DNA of 64,000 nucleotides from Desulfatiglandales bacterium (GTDB taxonomy: Bacteria > Desulfobacterota > DSM-4660 > Desulfatiglandales > Desulfatiglandaceae): positions 3,104,001 to 3,168,000 of the forward strand of contig OY759599.1 in NCBI GenBank assembly GCA_963662465.1, written 5' to 3'. Numbering within the stretch: position 1 is the stretch's first letter; every line of letters begins with the position of its first letter. The notes under the pieces are model-generated. The model made no database searches and was not told the origin of the DNA. It worked only from the letters and a program-made list of their open reading frames with translations. A program made the translations under genes and the position numbers. Shown piece by piece: positions 37,448 to 47,651 of the stretch.

Positions 37448-38309
37448 CAGACCGATTTCGCCAATGGACGCTGTGATCAGGCGCGCCCTCGAGGAAGACA
37501 TGGGACCCGGAGATGCCACCACAAATGCCATCGTGGCCCCCGATGCCATGGGCGAAGCCATCCTGATTGCCCGTTCTGATATTATCCTGGCCGGCATGAT
37601 ACTGTTCAAACGAACATTTCTGGAAGTCGATCCGACACTGACATTTTTGGAACAGTACAAAGAAGGGGATTTGGCCCCACGGGGGTCCACTGTGTGCAGC
37701 GTCAGGGGCCGCCTGGCCGCCATTTTGATCGGAGAAAGAACCGCCCTTAATTTTCTGCAACGCATGAGCGGCATCGCAACGCTCACCCGCCGATATGTGG
37801 AAAAAATCAAAGGAACCGGCGCTAAAATCCTTGACACCAGGAAAACCGCGCCGGGTCTCAGGTGGTGCGACAAATACGCCGTCCGAATGGGCGGCGGATA
37901 CAACCACCGATTCGGGCTCTTTGACGGCATCCTGATTAAAGACAATCATATCGCGGCGGCCGGATCCATTTCGAAAGCCGTTCTCCTGGCCCGAAAGGGA
38001 GCGGCTCACACCCTCGGGGTAGAAGTGGAAGTGGAAGATCTTGACGGCGTCAAAGAAGCCTGTGGGGCCGGCGCCGACACCATTTTGTTGGACAACATGA
38101 CGCCCTCTGAAATGAAACAGGCGGTCAGCCTTATCAACGGCTGCGCCCTGGTGGAAGCGTCAGGCGGCATCACTTTGGATACCGTGAAGGAGATTGCAGC
38201 CACGGGGGTTGATTTAATCTCCGTGGGCGCACTGACCCATTCCCCTGAAGCAGCGGATTTCAGTCTGGAGATCAGTGATGTTGCAAAAGATGACAACTCC
38301 CGCCATTGA
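37440..38309 (+). CDS. nadC: Nicotinate-nucleotide diphosphorylase (carboxylating)
   Basis: ERTALNFLQRMSGIAT, DTRKTAPG, NHRFGLFD, IKDNH, LLDNM, EASGG. Confidence 0.97.
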   Translation: MNNRPISPMDAVIRRALEEDMGPGDATTNAIVAPDAMGEAILIARSDIILAGMILFKRTFLEVDPTLTFLEQYKEGDLAPRGSTVCSVRGRLAAILIGERTALNFLQRMSGIATLTRRYVEKIKGTGAKILDTRKTAPGLRWCDKYAVRMGGGYNHRFGLFDGILIKDNHIAAAGSISKAVLLARKGAAHTLGVEVEVEDLDGVKEACGAGADTILLDNMTPSEMKQAVSLINGCALVEASGGITLDTVKEIAATGVDLISVGALTHSPEAADFSLEISDVAKDDNSRH

Positions 38310-39051
38310 GATGAAAGGCGTATGCTTTTCCTACGACGGATCCCCCATACTCGAAGACATCAGCTTCATCTTAAAGCAGGGAGATTTTCTAGGGATGATC
38401 GGCCCCAACGGGGGAGGCAAGACAACCCTTCTCAAACTCTTTCTGGGCATCCTCAAACCCGACAAAGGCCTCATACGGGTGCTGGGGGAGCCGCCCCACC
38501 GGGCACGCCGCCGCGTGGGGTATGTTCCCCAGAACACGGACTTCAACAATACCTTTCCCATTTCCGTCATGGACGTTGCGTTAATGGGACGAATTGCCGC
38601 AAGCCGCATGGGAAAAGGCTTTTCCCAAAAGGATCGCCCCGTGGTGGAAGAAGCCCTCAAAAAAGTGGGCATGTGGCATAGAAAAGCGGACCCCATCGGC
38701 AAATTGTCAGGGGGACAGCGGCAACGGGTGTTGATTGCCAGGGCCCTGGCAACAGAACCGGAAATTCTGTTCCTGGATGAACCCACCGCCAAGGTTGATC
38801 CGGAATTTGAAACCAATATTTACGACTTTCTCAAAGAACTGAACGATCAAGCCACCATCGTCACCATCACCCACGACGTGGGCGTCATCTCCAGGTATAT
38901 CAAATCCGTGGCCTGTGTCAATCGAACGCTAGTTTACCACGAAGAAGCCAAAATAACCCATGAAATGCTTGACATGGCCTATGAATGCCCAGTGGACCTG
39001 ATCGCTCACGGCATTCCCCACCGGGTGCTGCCACGTCACGGGAAGGAATAG
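38290..39051 (+). CDS. znuC: Zn/Mn ABC transporter ATP-binding protein
   Basis: GPNGGGKTT, GYVPQ, LSGGQRQR, LDEPT. Confidence 0.85.
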   Translation: MTTPAIEMKGVCFSYDGSPILEDISFILKQGDFLGMIGPNGGGKTTLLKLFLGILKPDKGLIRVLGEPPHRARRRVGYVPQNTDFNNTFPISVMDVALMGRIAASRMGKGFSQKDRPVVEEALKKVGMWHRKADPIGKLSGGQRQRVLIARALATEPEILFLDEPTAKVDPEFETNIYDFLKELNDQATIVTITHDVGVISRYIKSVACVNRTLVYHEEAKITHEMLDMAYECPVDLIAHGIPHRVLPRHGKE

Positions 39052-39060
39052 GCAATTAAC

Positions 39061-39894
39061 ATGTGGGAGGCCCTGCAATACGATTTCATGAGAAACGCCC
39101 TGCTGGCCGGGCTGCTCGTCAGCATATCCTGCGGCATTATCGGCAGTCTCGTGGTGGTCAACCGCATCGTGTTTATCTCGGGCGGCATCGCCCATGCCGC
39201 TTTCGGCGGCGTGGGGCTCGGGTTTTTCTACGGTTTTTCGCCCTTTCTGGGGGCGGCGATCTTCGCTTCGGGCGTATCCATCATCATGGGTGTTGTCAGT
39301 CTGAAAGCCAGGCACCGGGCCGACACCATTATCGGCGTACTCTGGGCAGTGGGCATGGCCGTGGGCATCATCCTCATCGATTTGACCCCCGGTTATCATG
39401 TGGACCTCATGAGTTATCTGTTCGGCAGCATCCTGGCGGTTCCCGCCTCAGACCTCTGGCTCATGCTGCCGCTGGACGGGGTAATTCTCCTGGTGGTCAT
39501 GCTCTTTTACAAAGAGTTCGTAGCGCTCTCCTATGACGAACAATTCGCCTTTGTGGTGGGGATTCCCGTCAAAACCCTGTACATGGCAATGTTGGGAATG
39601 ACGGCCCTTTCCATCGTCATGATCATTCGGGTGGTGGGGCTGATCCTGGTGATCGCTCTTTTGACCATTCCGCCTTTTATCGCTGAAAAATACACCCGAT
39701 CCCTGGGTCAAATGATGCTGTTGGCCTCCATTCTGGGCGCCGGCTTCACGCTTTCGGGTCTGTGGCTCTCCTATACCTTCAACCTCACGTCAGGGGCCAC
39801 CATTATTCTCGTCGCCGGACTGGGGTTTTTCTTTTTTCAGATGTTGGATTTCATAAAGGGCAAGCATTCATTTTCCCGAGCCAAAAGGTCATGA
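39061..39894 (+). CDS. znuB: Zn/Mn ABC transporter permease
   Basis: GIAHAAFGG, SYLFGSILAV, VGLILVIALLTIP. Confidence 0.85.
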   Translation: MWEALQYDFMRNALLAGLLVSISCGIIGSLVVVNRIVFISGGIAHAAFGGVGLGFFYGFSPFLGAAIFASGVSIIMGVVSLKARHRADTIIGVLWAVGMAVGIILIDLTPGYHVDLMSYLFGSILAVPASDLWLMLPLDGVILLVVMLFYKEFVALSYDEQFAFVVGIPVKTLYMAMLGMTALSIVMIIRVVGLILVIALLTIPPFIAEKYTRSLGQMMLLASILGAGFTLSGLWLSYTFNLTSGATIILVAGLGFFFFQMLDFIKGKHSFSRAKRS

Positions 39895-40310
39895 GCTGGA
39901 ATATTTTCTCCCCCGTTAAACGGATTAGAAGAAAGGGCAAGGCAAGAGACGGCTTTGACGAATTAATCGACATCATTGAAACATTTGCGCCGAGAACATT
40001 CCTGAAGGAAAGGGAAGCATTTTACTACAATTACAAAATGATGCCATACTGCAAAAAATCGTTGCTAACACTTCTTGGAACCGTGTCCCAGGTCAAACGC
40101 CTGAAGACCGACCCCGGCGATCACGCCTGTGAACTCTTCCTGAAACTGAAAGAATTTTACGATCCCAGAGAAAAATTATCCCTGGCACAAGCCCTTGCGG
40201 ACAAGAATCTTAGCAGAAGATTTGAAGATTTATTCGTTTTCTTTTATGGCAGGCAGAATCTTTCCCGTGAAGAAATCACGGGATGGCTCGATAGACTGGC
40301 AATAAATTGA
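39891..40310 (+). CDS. Hypothetical protein
   Basis: 139-aa ORF (MSWNIFSP...) overlapping the znuB stop by ATGA. Confidence 0.6.
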   Translation: MSWNIFSPVKRIRRKGKARDGFDELIDIIETFAPRTFLKEREAFYYNYKMMPYCKKSLLTLLGTVSQVKRLKTDPGDHACELFLKLKEFYDPREKLSLAQALADKNLSRRFEDLFVFFYGRQNLSREEITGWLDRLAIN

Positions 40311-40322
40311 CCCCCAAAAGAG

Positions 40323-41120
40323 ATGAATCGGACAACGGCATCAATGGAAACCATCGAGATCAACAGCCCGAAAAACCCCACATTCAGGGCCTTGCTGCGT
40401 CTAATCAATCCACGAGACATCCGGAAACAGGCAAGGGCGCTTCTTTCCGGACCGAAACAAACCCGGGAAGTTTTGAGGGAATTCCCGGACCGGTGTACCA
40501 GCATCATTTTCTCCAGCGGTCAGGCGCCCCCCGATTTTCCGGGAACAGACGCAATTCCCCGATACCGCCTGAGCCCTGATCTCTTTGGCCGGGTGGATTC
40601 TTTCGGCACAAAACATCCGGTGCTGATCGTGCGGGCGGAACCCCTTCCCCATTTTGACGGCAATGGGGTGCAAAAGGGTTGCACCTTGTGCATTCCGTTC
40701 CAGGATCCCGGCAATGTGGGAACCGTTATCCGTGCAGCGGCTGCGTTCGGCGTTTCGAAAATTGTTCTTTTACAGGAAGCAGCCCACCCCTTTCATCCCA
40801 GGTCGCTCCGGGCCGCGGGAAGCAACATTTTCAGAACGCCTCTCTTCCAGGGGCCGGGCGTCGTCCAGCTTAAACAGTTTAAAATTCCCTTGGTTATCAT
40901 GACGTCCGAAGGAAAAGATGTGGCACGATTCAATTTCCCCGAAAGCTTCTGCCTGGTCCCAGGCCTGGAAGGACCCGGCATCCCGGAAATCCTCAAGGGG
41001 GGCGCCAAAATCTCAATACCCATGACCAATGGCGTGGAATCGCTGAATGCCGCCATGGCCACCGGCATTGTTCTCTACCTGTGGCGGAATGGACGGCGGA
41101 AATCGGAGGCAGGAATTTAG
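40323..41120 (+). CDS. TrmH/SpoU family RNA methyltransferase
   Basis: INSPKNP, QDPGNVGTVIRAAAAFG, GLEGPG, SIPM...VESLNAAMA. Confidence 0.9.
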   Translation: MNRTTASMETIEINSPKNPTFRALLRLINPRDIRKQARALLSGPKQTREVLREFPDRCTSIIFSSGQAPPDFPGTDAIPRYRLSPDLFGRVDSFGTKHPVLIVRAEPLPHFDGNGVQKGCTLCIPFQDPGNVGTVIRAAAAFGVSKIVLLQEAAHPFHPRSLRAAGSNIFRTPLFQGPGVVQLKQFKIPLVIMTSEGKDVARFNFPESFCLVPGLEGPGIPEILKGGAKISIPMTNGVESLNAAMATGIVLYLWRNGRRKSEAGI

Positions 41121-41191
41121 AATGACCTTTTTCTCTTCCAGTTAAAGTTAGTCGGAGTTGATGTTTATTTTTCAATCGACAATCATAAATA

Positions 41192-41216
41192 AATCAACAA
41201 TCAACAATCAACAATC
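41192..41216 (+). repeat. Heptamer tandem repeat (AATCAAC)x3.5
   Basis: Read directly; degenerate caatcgacaatc unit at 41173. Confidence 0.75.
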
Positions 41217-41233
41217 CAGCGGGGGAGGTCGCG

Positions 41234-41509
41234 ATGTTGGAATTCATCAGTTCAATCAAATTTTGCGCACCGCTCTATCAAATCATTCTACTGCTCACAC
41301 TAAGCACCTTTGCCCTCATTTTCGGCAACGCAAAGGCAGCCCTTTTGATCAACTATCTTTTTGCCCTGTACTGGGCCTATGTGTTTGACAGGCAATACAT
41401 CCTGGAAGCAGGAGCGAAACAAACATCCCTCTTCCCCTGGCTTTACTTTGGTTTCGGTTTCGCCATTTTCTTTCTGGCTCTCATTGGTCTGTTTTTAAAA
41501 AAGGACTAA
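41234..41509 (+). CDS. Small membrane hypothetical protein
   Basis: 91 aa, three hydrophobic segments, RBS GGAGG. Confidence 0.65.
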   Translation: MLEFISSIKFCAPLYQIILLLTLSTFALIFGNAKAALLINYLFALYWAYVFDRQYILEAGAKQTSLFPWLYFGFGFAIFFLALIGLFLKKD

Positions 41510-41568
41510 TAATTTATTCACATCGCACCTTGGCAATTTACTATCTTTGAAATTTTGGAGGTTTCATC

Positions 41569-41964
41569 ATGAATCAAGAAACAAAAAGAAAGGCACTCCT
41601 GCTCGAAAAAGACCCGGCCGTGCTGGAAAAAATCCAGCGGATGCTGAAGGACAGGTCCTATGAACCAATAAGTTTTTCCGATAAAAAAGAAGCTCTCGCA
41701 GCTTTGAAAGGGACGTTTTTTCCCCTGGCCGTTACCGGATTAACCGAAAATGACGATGACCCCATGGAAGTAATGAAGACCATGGTCATGACATCTCCTA
41801 TGACATCCGTCATCATGGTCACGGATCTTTCCGAATCGGAAGTGGAAGAAAAGGCGGAAGGATACGGAATCCTCGGAAACGTCGGCAGAGAAGTCCCCGC
41901 CGAAGACCTGATGTCGCTCCTGGACGCCTATGAGAAAATTCAAGGATCTTTCGCTCAGGGATAA
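41569..41964 (+). CDS. Stand-alone atypical receiver-like protein
   Basis: ALLLEKD start and CheY-like beta/alpha pattern; canonical Asp and KP motifs not evident. Confidence 0.55.
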   Translation: MNQETKRKALLLEKDPAVLEKIQRMLKDRSYEPISFSDKKEALAALKGTFFPLAVTGLTENDDDPMEVMKTMVMTSPMTSVIMVTDLSESEVEEKAEGYGILGNVGREVPAEDLMSLLDAYEKIQGSFAQG

Positions 41965-41996
41965 ACTGAAAGCAAGGGATAAATGCGATTTATCCC

Positions 41997-42025
41997 TTGA
42001 CCCATTTTTTGCTTTTTCTTATAGT
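41997..42025 (+). promoter_or_regulatory. Sigma70-type promoter for the TRAP operon
   Basis: TTGACC-17nt-TATAGT. Confidence 0.5.
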
Positions 42026-42094
42026 TACCCCAAATTCAAAGGAGCATCCTCCTTATTCAGCGGAGCAACTTCTTTTTACCGGAGCAAAGGCCTT

Positions 42095-42625
42095 ATGAAC
42101 GGCATCAAAAAGTTTTGCTATGGTATTGACTGGCTTAATGAACGGGTGGGACGGGGGGTGGCCTGGGTAACCACCGCTCTGGTGATCGTGGTCTTCATAG
42201 ACGTGGTCATGCGATATCTGTTCAACACCAGTTATGTTTTTACCCAGGAACTGGAGTGGCAGCTCTTTGGATTTATCTTTCTCATGGGCGCAGGTTACAC
42301 CCTGCTCCATGACGGCCATGTTCGCGTGGACATCATCTATCAACGCCTGGGGCCCAAGGGTCAAGCCTGGATCAACCTGCTCGGCGTCTTCCTCTTCATG
42401 CTTCCCGGCTGCCTTATGGTCATCCTCACCTCGTGGAAATTCACCTACAACTCCTGGGCGATTATGGAAGGGTCCCCAGACCCCGGCGGCATCCCCTACC
42501 GATTCCTGATCAAGGGAACCATCACCGTAGGATTCATCCTTCTCTCGTTACAGGGACTCTCCCTGGGCCTGCACAGCATTTTGCAGATCGCGGGGCTGGA
42601 AACCATCGAGGAGGAAGCCTCCTGA
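42095..42625 (+). CDS. TRAP transporter small permease (DctQ)
   Basis: DVVMRYLFN, QELEWQL, GHVRVDI; four TMs. Confidence 0.92.
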   Translation: MNGIKKFCYGIDWLNERVGRGVAWVTTALVIVVFIDVVMRYLFNTSYVFTQELEWQLFGFIFLMGAGYTLLHDGHVRVDIIYQRLGPKGQAWINLLGVFLFMLPGCLMVILTSWKFTYNSWAIMEGSPDPGGIPYRFLIKGTITVGFILLSLQGLSLGLHSILQIAGLETIEEEAS

Positions 42626-43950
42626 TGGAATATCTGGCCGGCTGGATGTTTCTGGCGTTAACGATCCTATTGATGGCCGGCTTTCCCGTGGCCTTCACTC
42701 TGTTGGGAACGGCCCTTTTTTTCGGCCTCATCGGTTTTGGATGGTCTTTCTTTGACCTGCTGCCCCTTCGCATCTGGGGCCGCATGACCAACGTAACCCT
42801 CATCGCCGTCCCCCTTTTCGTGTTCATGGGGGTGATGCTGGAACGTTCGGGGCTGGCGGAAAAACTGCTAGACACCATGGCCATTCTCTTCGGCCGTCTC
42901 AAGGGGGGACTTGCCATCTCCGTGGTAGTGGTGGGCGCCCTGCTGGGCGCTTCCACCGGCATTGTGGGCGCCACGGTGGTTACCATGGGCCTTCTGGCGG
43001 TTCCCACCATGCTGCGGCGCGGTTACCAGAAAGAACTGGCCTGCGGCACGGTTTCCGCTTCCGGAACCCTGGGCCAGATCATCCCCCCCAGCATCGTACT
43101 GGTACTCATCGGCGACATCGTGGGGGTTTCCGTGGGGGATCTGTTCATGGGGGCGGTGTTGCCCGGTCTGCTCCTGGTGGCGCTCTATATCATTTACATT
43201 CTCCTGGCTGCAAATCTCCGACCGGGCATTGCACCACCCATCCCCAAGGCGGAACTGGACGCCATTTCACGACGCGAACTAGCCGCCCGGGTGGGAAAAG
43301 CCCTCTTTCCGCCGCTTTTTCTCATGATCGCGGTGCTGGGCTCCATCTTCGCCGGCATCGCTTCCCCCACCGAGGCCGCCGCCGTGGGCGCGGTGGGCGC
43401 AACGCTTCTGGCCATTGCCAACAAAAAGTTCAACATGGCGATGCTCAACCAGGTCATGCGACAGACCACCAACCTCACCTGCATGGTCTTCATCATCCTT
43501 TGCGGCGCCGCAGCCTTCGGCCTGGTATTCAGGGGCCTGGGAGGGGACAGCCTGGTACGGGAATTCTTAGGTTCCCTGGCCGCATCCTACAGCAAGGGGG
43601 CCGTCCTGGCCATCGTCATGGGCGTTATTTTCATCATCGGCTTCTTTCTGGATTTCATCGAAATCACCTTTATCCACGTACCGGTTCTGGCCCCCATCAT
43701 GCTGGAATTCGGGTTTGATCCCATATGGTTCTGCATTCTCCTGGCGGTCAATCTTCAGACGTCCTTTATGACGCCGCCCTTCGGATTCTCTCTTTTTTAT
43801 CTCAAAGCCGTAACACCACCGGAGGTCTCCACCGGCCATATTTACCGGGGGATTATCCCGTTTGTTTTATTTCAGTTGATCGGACTGGGCATTGTCGCCT
43901 TCTACCCACAGCTGGCGACCTGGCTTCCCGGGGTTGTTTATTCGAGATAG
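42625..43950 (+). CDS. TRAP transporter large permease (DctM)
   Basis: AVPLFVFMG, SGTLGQIIPPS, ASPTEAA, MTPPFGF. Confidence 0.94.
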   Translation: MEYLAGWMFLALTILLMAGFPVAFTLLGTALFFGLIGFGWSFFDLLPLRIWGRMTNVTLIAVPLFVFMGVMLERSGLAEKLLDTMAILFGRLKGGLAISVVVVGALLGASTGIVGATVVTMGLLAVPTMLRRGYQKELACGTVSASGTLGQIIPPSIVLVLIGDIVGVSVGDLFMGAVLPGLLLVALYIIYILLAANLRPGIAPPIPKAELDAISRRELAARVGKALFPPLFLMIAVLGSIFAGIASPTEAAAVGAVGATLLAIANKKFNMAMLNQVMRQTTNLTCMVFIILCGAAAFGLVFRGLGGDSLVREFLGSLAASYSKGAVLAIVMGVIFIIGFFLDFIEITFIHVPVLAPIMLEFGFDPIWFCILLAVNLQTSFMTPPFGFSLFYLKAVTPPEVSTGHIYRGIIPFVLFQLIGLGIVAFYPQLATWLPGVVYSR

Positions 43951-44016
43951 CATTGAAAATGGAATTTTCCAGTTCCCAATTTTAATTGCAAACCCATCAA
44001 AACAAGGAGGTTTTTC

Positions 44017-45120
44017 ATGGAAAGACGCGACTTTTTGAAGAAAGCGGGTATGGGGGCCGCGGCAGCCGTTGCGGCAACCGCCGTCACGGCGCCGGCGGTA
44101 TTCGGCGAGAAGAAATATCGATGGAAAATGGTCACCACATGGCCATCGGGGCTCCCGGTATTGCAAACCGGCTGTGTTCGTCTGGCCAAACTGGTGGACA
44201 CACTTTCAGGCGGTCGACTGAAAATCAGCGTTTACGCCGCGGGTGAACTGGTGCCGGCCATGGGCATTTTTGATGCGGTTTCCAATGGAACGGTGGAAGT
44301 GGGCAGCGGCGCAGGCTATTACTGGGCCGGCAAAACCCCTGCCGCCCAATGGTTTTCGGCGGTGCCCTTCGGCATGAATGCACAGGGAATGTCCGCATGG
44401 TTTCACGGCGGCGACGGTCTGAAGCTGTGGGAGGAAACCTACGCGCCCTTTAACCTGATCCCCAGGCCCGGGGGATCCACCGGCGTTCAGATGGGTGGCT
44501 GGTTCAACAAAAAGATCAACAGCATTGAAGACTTCAAGGGCCTCAAAATGAGAATTCCAGGCCTGGGCGGAAAGGTCCTGGCCAAGGCCGGCGCCACAGT
44601 GGTGTTGACGGCCGGGGGGGAGATCTTCACCAACCTGGAACGGGGGGTCATCGATGCCACCGAATGGGTGGGCCCCCTTCATGACAACCGCATGGGGTTC
44701 TACCAGGCAGCCAAATACTATTATTATCCGGGATGGCATGAGCCGGGGACCTATCTCGAGTATTTCTTTAACAAAAAAGCCTACGAGTCCCTGCCGAAGG
44801 ACCTTCAGGCCATTCTCGACACCGCCTGCATGGACAATGAGCTCTGGTGTCTCGCCCAGTTCGACGCCCGTAACGGCGCGGCCCTGGTGGAGTTGATCAA
44901 CAAGCACAAGATACAACTGCTGGAATATCCCGAAAGCGTCATGGAGGCCCTTCAAAAGCTTTCGAAGGAAGTCGTTGCGGAAGAAGCCGCCAAGGATGCC
45001 ATGAGCAAAAAAGTGGCTGCTGCCTTCGAAGCGTTTCAGAACCAGGTGGGCCCCTGGTATACGGTTTCCGAGAAGGCGTACTACGACAGGATCTTTGGAA
45101 AGTATTCCTTGAAGGGATAA
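44017..45120 (+). CDS. TRAP substrate-binding protein (TakP/DctP-like), Tat-exported
   Basis: RRDFLK twin-arginine signal; WKMVTTWP, QMGGWF, GLKMRIPGLG, YYYPGWHEP. Confidence 0.93.
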   Translation: MERRDFLKKAGMGAAAAVAATAVTAPAVFGEKKYRWKMVTTWPSGLPVLQTGCVRLAKLVDTLSGGRLKISVYAAGELVPAMGIFDAVSNGTVEVGSGAGYYWAGKTPAAQWFSAVPFGMNAQGMSAWFHGGDGLKLWEETYAPFNLIPRPGGSTGVQMGGWFNKKINSIEDFKGLKMRIPGLGGKVLAKAGATVVLTAGGEIFTNLERGVIDATEWVGPLHDNRMGFYQAAKYYYYPGWHEPGTYLEYFFNKKAYESLPKDLQAILDTACMDNELWCLAQFDARNGAALVELINKHKIQLLEYPESVMEALQKLSKEVVAEEAAKDAMSKKVAAAFEAFQNQVGPWYTVSEKAYYDRIFGKYSLKG

Positions 45121-45177
45121 ATTCCTTCATGGAACAATTGTCAGTCTTTCCGAATCATTCTTGATGTAATCCAAACA

Positions 45178-45216
45178 CCGCCGGCCCCGCTGTAAAAGCA
45201 GGATCGGCGGTTCTTT
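45178..45216 (+). terminator. Probable terminator after the TRAP operon
   Basis: ccgccgg..gct gtaaa agc..tcggcgg hairpin followed by a T-rich tract. Confidence 0.45.
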
Positions 45217-45326
45217 ATTGGACCCTGCACCCAATAAATCGGAGATAAAAATGAAGTGCGAGCAACAACCCACCAGTCAGCGGTTCCACCCTCATATTCC
45301 TCGGAAGTGGTTGACATTTACAGAAA

Positions 45327-47651
45327 TCAGACTTTCTCTCCCGCATATTGCCTGAGCGCTTGAAAATAGGCTGCGGTTTCGGGTGAAAATGAGGTAAAGC
45401 GAACCTGATAGCTGAAAGCGTGCCGGTCGGCGGACGCAATAACCTTGCCGTAAAAATCCCTCGAAGAGAGTTCCTCGCTCACGTCACACAGGTTCAACTT
45501 AACGTTGGTCAAAAGATCCAGCGCGCCTGCCATCTCAATTTCCGCGCCCTTGTCAAAAAGCGTGTCAATAAAGCCCTGTTGCTGTTTATTTCCCACATTC
45601 TTTCCGTCAACCGCAACATAATTGACGGGAACCCGCCGGTTGAGTTTAATGGAAACCGAATCCTCTTTTAAAAGCGTTAGGTTGAACGGCAGGCCGATGC
45701 CGCCCACTTCATAAATTTTGATGGATGTTTCAGACCCTTTGGGAATAACCTCTCTCTGTTCATCGATTCGAAGTCTGTTCCCGAGCTGTTTTCGAACAGA
45801 CGCCGAGATCAACACCTGCCCGCCCACCGAGTAGGATTCGATGCGGCTGGTCATGTTGACGCCGCTGCCCACCACGCCGTACTTGCTCCGTTTGCTGGAG
45901 CCGATATTCCCCACAATCACCTGATCTTCATTGAGGCCGATACCCATCTCAATTTCGGGCAACCCCTGTTCGCGGTTCTGCCGGTTCACTCTTGCCATGG
46001 CGTTCTGCATCTCAATGGCGCAGGCCACGGCCCGCTCCGCCCGGTCGGCCATCTGCTGGGGTGCGCCGAAGATCACGAGCAGTGCGTCGCCGATGATCTC
46101 ATTGATGGTGCCGTTATATTTGAGCAGAACCTCCACCATGATTTCAAAATAGTTATTCAATATCTGAACCACCTGCTCCGGTTCGAGCCGCTCGGCCAGC
46201 GCCGTAAACCCCCGCAGGTCCGACATCATGATGGTGACACTTCTTTTTTCGCCGCCCAGGTTGATCATGTCCGGGTTTTCCAGAAGCGTGTTGGTGACCT
46301 CCTCGGAGAGATACCGGCCGAACATGTCCTTTAAAAAGGTTGCCCGCATGCGCTCTGAGAGATCATGAACGGAGATCAGCACCTTGGCCCAGGTCTCCTC
46401 AAAGCCGGGTGGAATAGCAGCTTTCATAAGTACAGTGATCTCTTTCCCCACGAGGGTACGATTGATGCACTGCAGTTCAAAGGATTTGTTTTCCGAAATT
46501 GCCAGAATCTGTTCCACAAGAATATCATGGGACGGATCGGCCAGTATTTGATCGAGATGCTCGACTACCACCGCCTTGCTGGGGGCTTCATAAAGCTTCA
46601 CGGTGGATTCGTTCATATCGAGTATCTTAACCAATCCCTTGCAGTGGGCCAGGTCGTCCGGATGGTCTTTGAAATAGCCCCTGATGTCGGTTATGTTCCT
46701 TTCCCGCAGGTGATTGACGAATTGCCTGATCTCTGAAAAATCTTCTTCCCAAAGGGAGGTGGGAGAATACTCGAACAGCGCCCGGTATCGGTTACTGTAC
46801 TCCTCGAGCTTTTTATAGGACCCTTCCAGATCCCGGCTCATTTCAATAAAGCTTTCTCCCAGGACCCCGATTTCATCCCTGGAACGGACCTGGATGTCCG
46901 ATGAAATGGAAAAATCCCCTTTGGAAAGTTTTCTGGCGGACTCCGTCAGCCGAATGAGGGGTTTTGAAAACCGGGTGGACAGGATGAAAACCATGAGCAG
47001 GCATCCGCCCAGAAACACCAGGGAGGTGAAAAGCGATCGATAGATCATACCCCTGATTTCCTGACGGATCTGATCGCGGGAAGTTTCGATCTCCTTTTCG
47101 AGAAGATTTAGCGTATACACCAGCCTCAGAACACCCCAGGGCGCTGTACTGATCTGCAATGGTTTCACGATTTCAAGCACCGGTTCATCTCCTTCCCGGT
47201 AAGCGATGACCGACAAGGATTTTTTTTCCAGGGCCTCTTTGTCGCGAATGCCGGTGAGCTGTGTCTGAATGACCTCCGGTCGATGGGTGTCCATAAACAC
47301 CACGCCGGAAGCATTCACCAAAATGGCATATTTGATCTCACGGTTGTTTTCAGCGCTTTCGTTTAAGACAGCCATCACCCCTGACAGGTTGAAGGCGGCC
47401 AGATGATTTTCCAGCTGCTGGCTGAGCGTGCCGGCAAAGCTCTTTCCACGTTCCGTGAGATTGGCCTTCAAAAGGGTGATCCGCTTGTTGAGCTCCATTT
47501 CAAGGATTTTCCGCTGGCTGGAAATCTGGATGTAGGACAACAGCCCTACCAGGATAAACACCAGCAGGGTGATCATGGCCATAAGCTTCCACCGAATGCT
47601 CCAGCGGACCGATTTGGGAGGGGTTGATTTTATTTTCCCGGATTGATTCAA
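45327..47651 (-). CDS. Membrane class III nucleotide cyclase (TM-periplasmic sensor-TM-HAMP-PAS-like-cyclase)
   Basis: Two TMs, HAMP (KPLIRL..SRDEIGVL), FGRYLS, MSDLRGFT, IIGDAL, VGNIGS, GSGVNMTSRIES. Confidence 0.92.
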   Translation of the reverse strand: MNQSGKIKSTPPKSVRWSIRWKLMAMITLLVFILVGLLSYIQISSQRKILEMELNKRITLLKANLTERGKSFAGTLSQQLENHLAAFNLSGVMAVLNESAENNREIKYAILVNASGVVFMDTHRPEVIQTQLTGIRDKEALEKKSLSVIAYREGDEPVLEIVKPLQISTAPWGVLRLVYTLNLLEKEIETSRDQIRQEIRGMIYRSLFTSLVFLGGCLLMVFILSTRFSKPLIRLTESARKLSKGDFSISSDIQVRSRDEIGVLGESFIEMSRDLEGSYKKLEEYSNRYRALFEYSPTSLWEEDFSEIRQFVNHLRERNITDIRGYFKDHPDDLAHCKGLVKILDMNESTVKLYEAPSKAVVVEHLDQILADPSHDILVEQILAISENKSFELQCINRTLVGKEITVLMKAAIPPGFEETWAKVLISVHDLSERMRATFLKDMFGRYLSEEVTNTLLENPDMINLGGEKRSVTIMMSDLRGFTALAERLEPEQVVQILNNYFEIMVEVLLKYNGTINEIIGDALLVIFGAPQQMADRAERAVACAIEMQNAMARVNRQNREQGLPEIEMGIGLNEDQVIVGNIGSSKRSKYGVVGSGVNMTSRIESYSVGGQVLISASVRKQLGNRLRIDEQREVIPKGSETSIKIYEVGGIGLPFNLTLLKEDSVSIKLNRRVPVNYVAVDGKNVGNKQQQGFIDTLFDKGAEIEMAGALDLLTNVKLNLCDVSEELSSRDFYGKVIASADRHAFSYQVRFTSFSPETAAYFQALRQYAGEKV

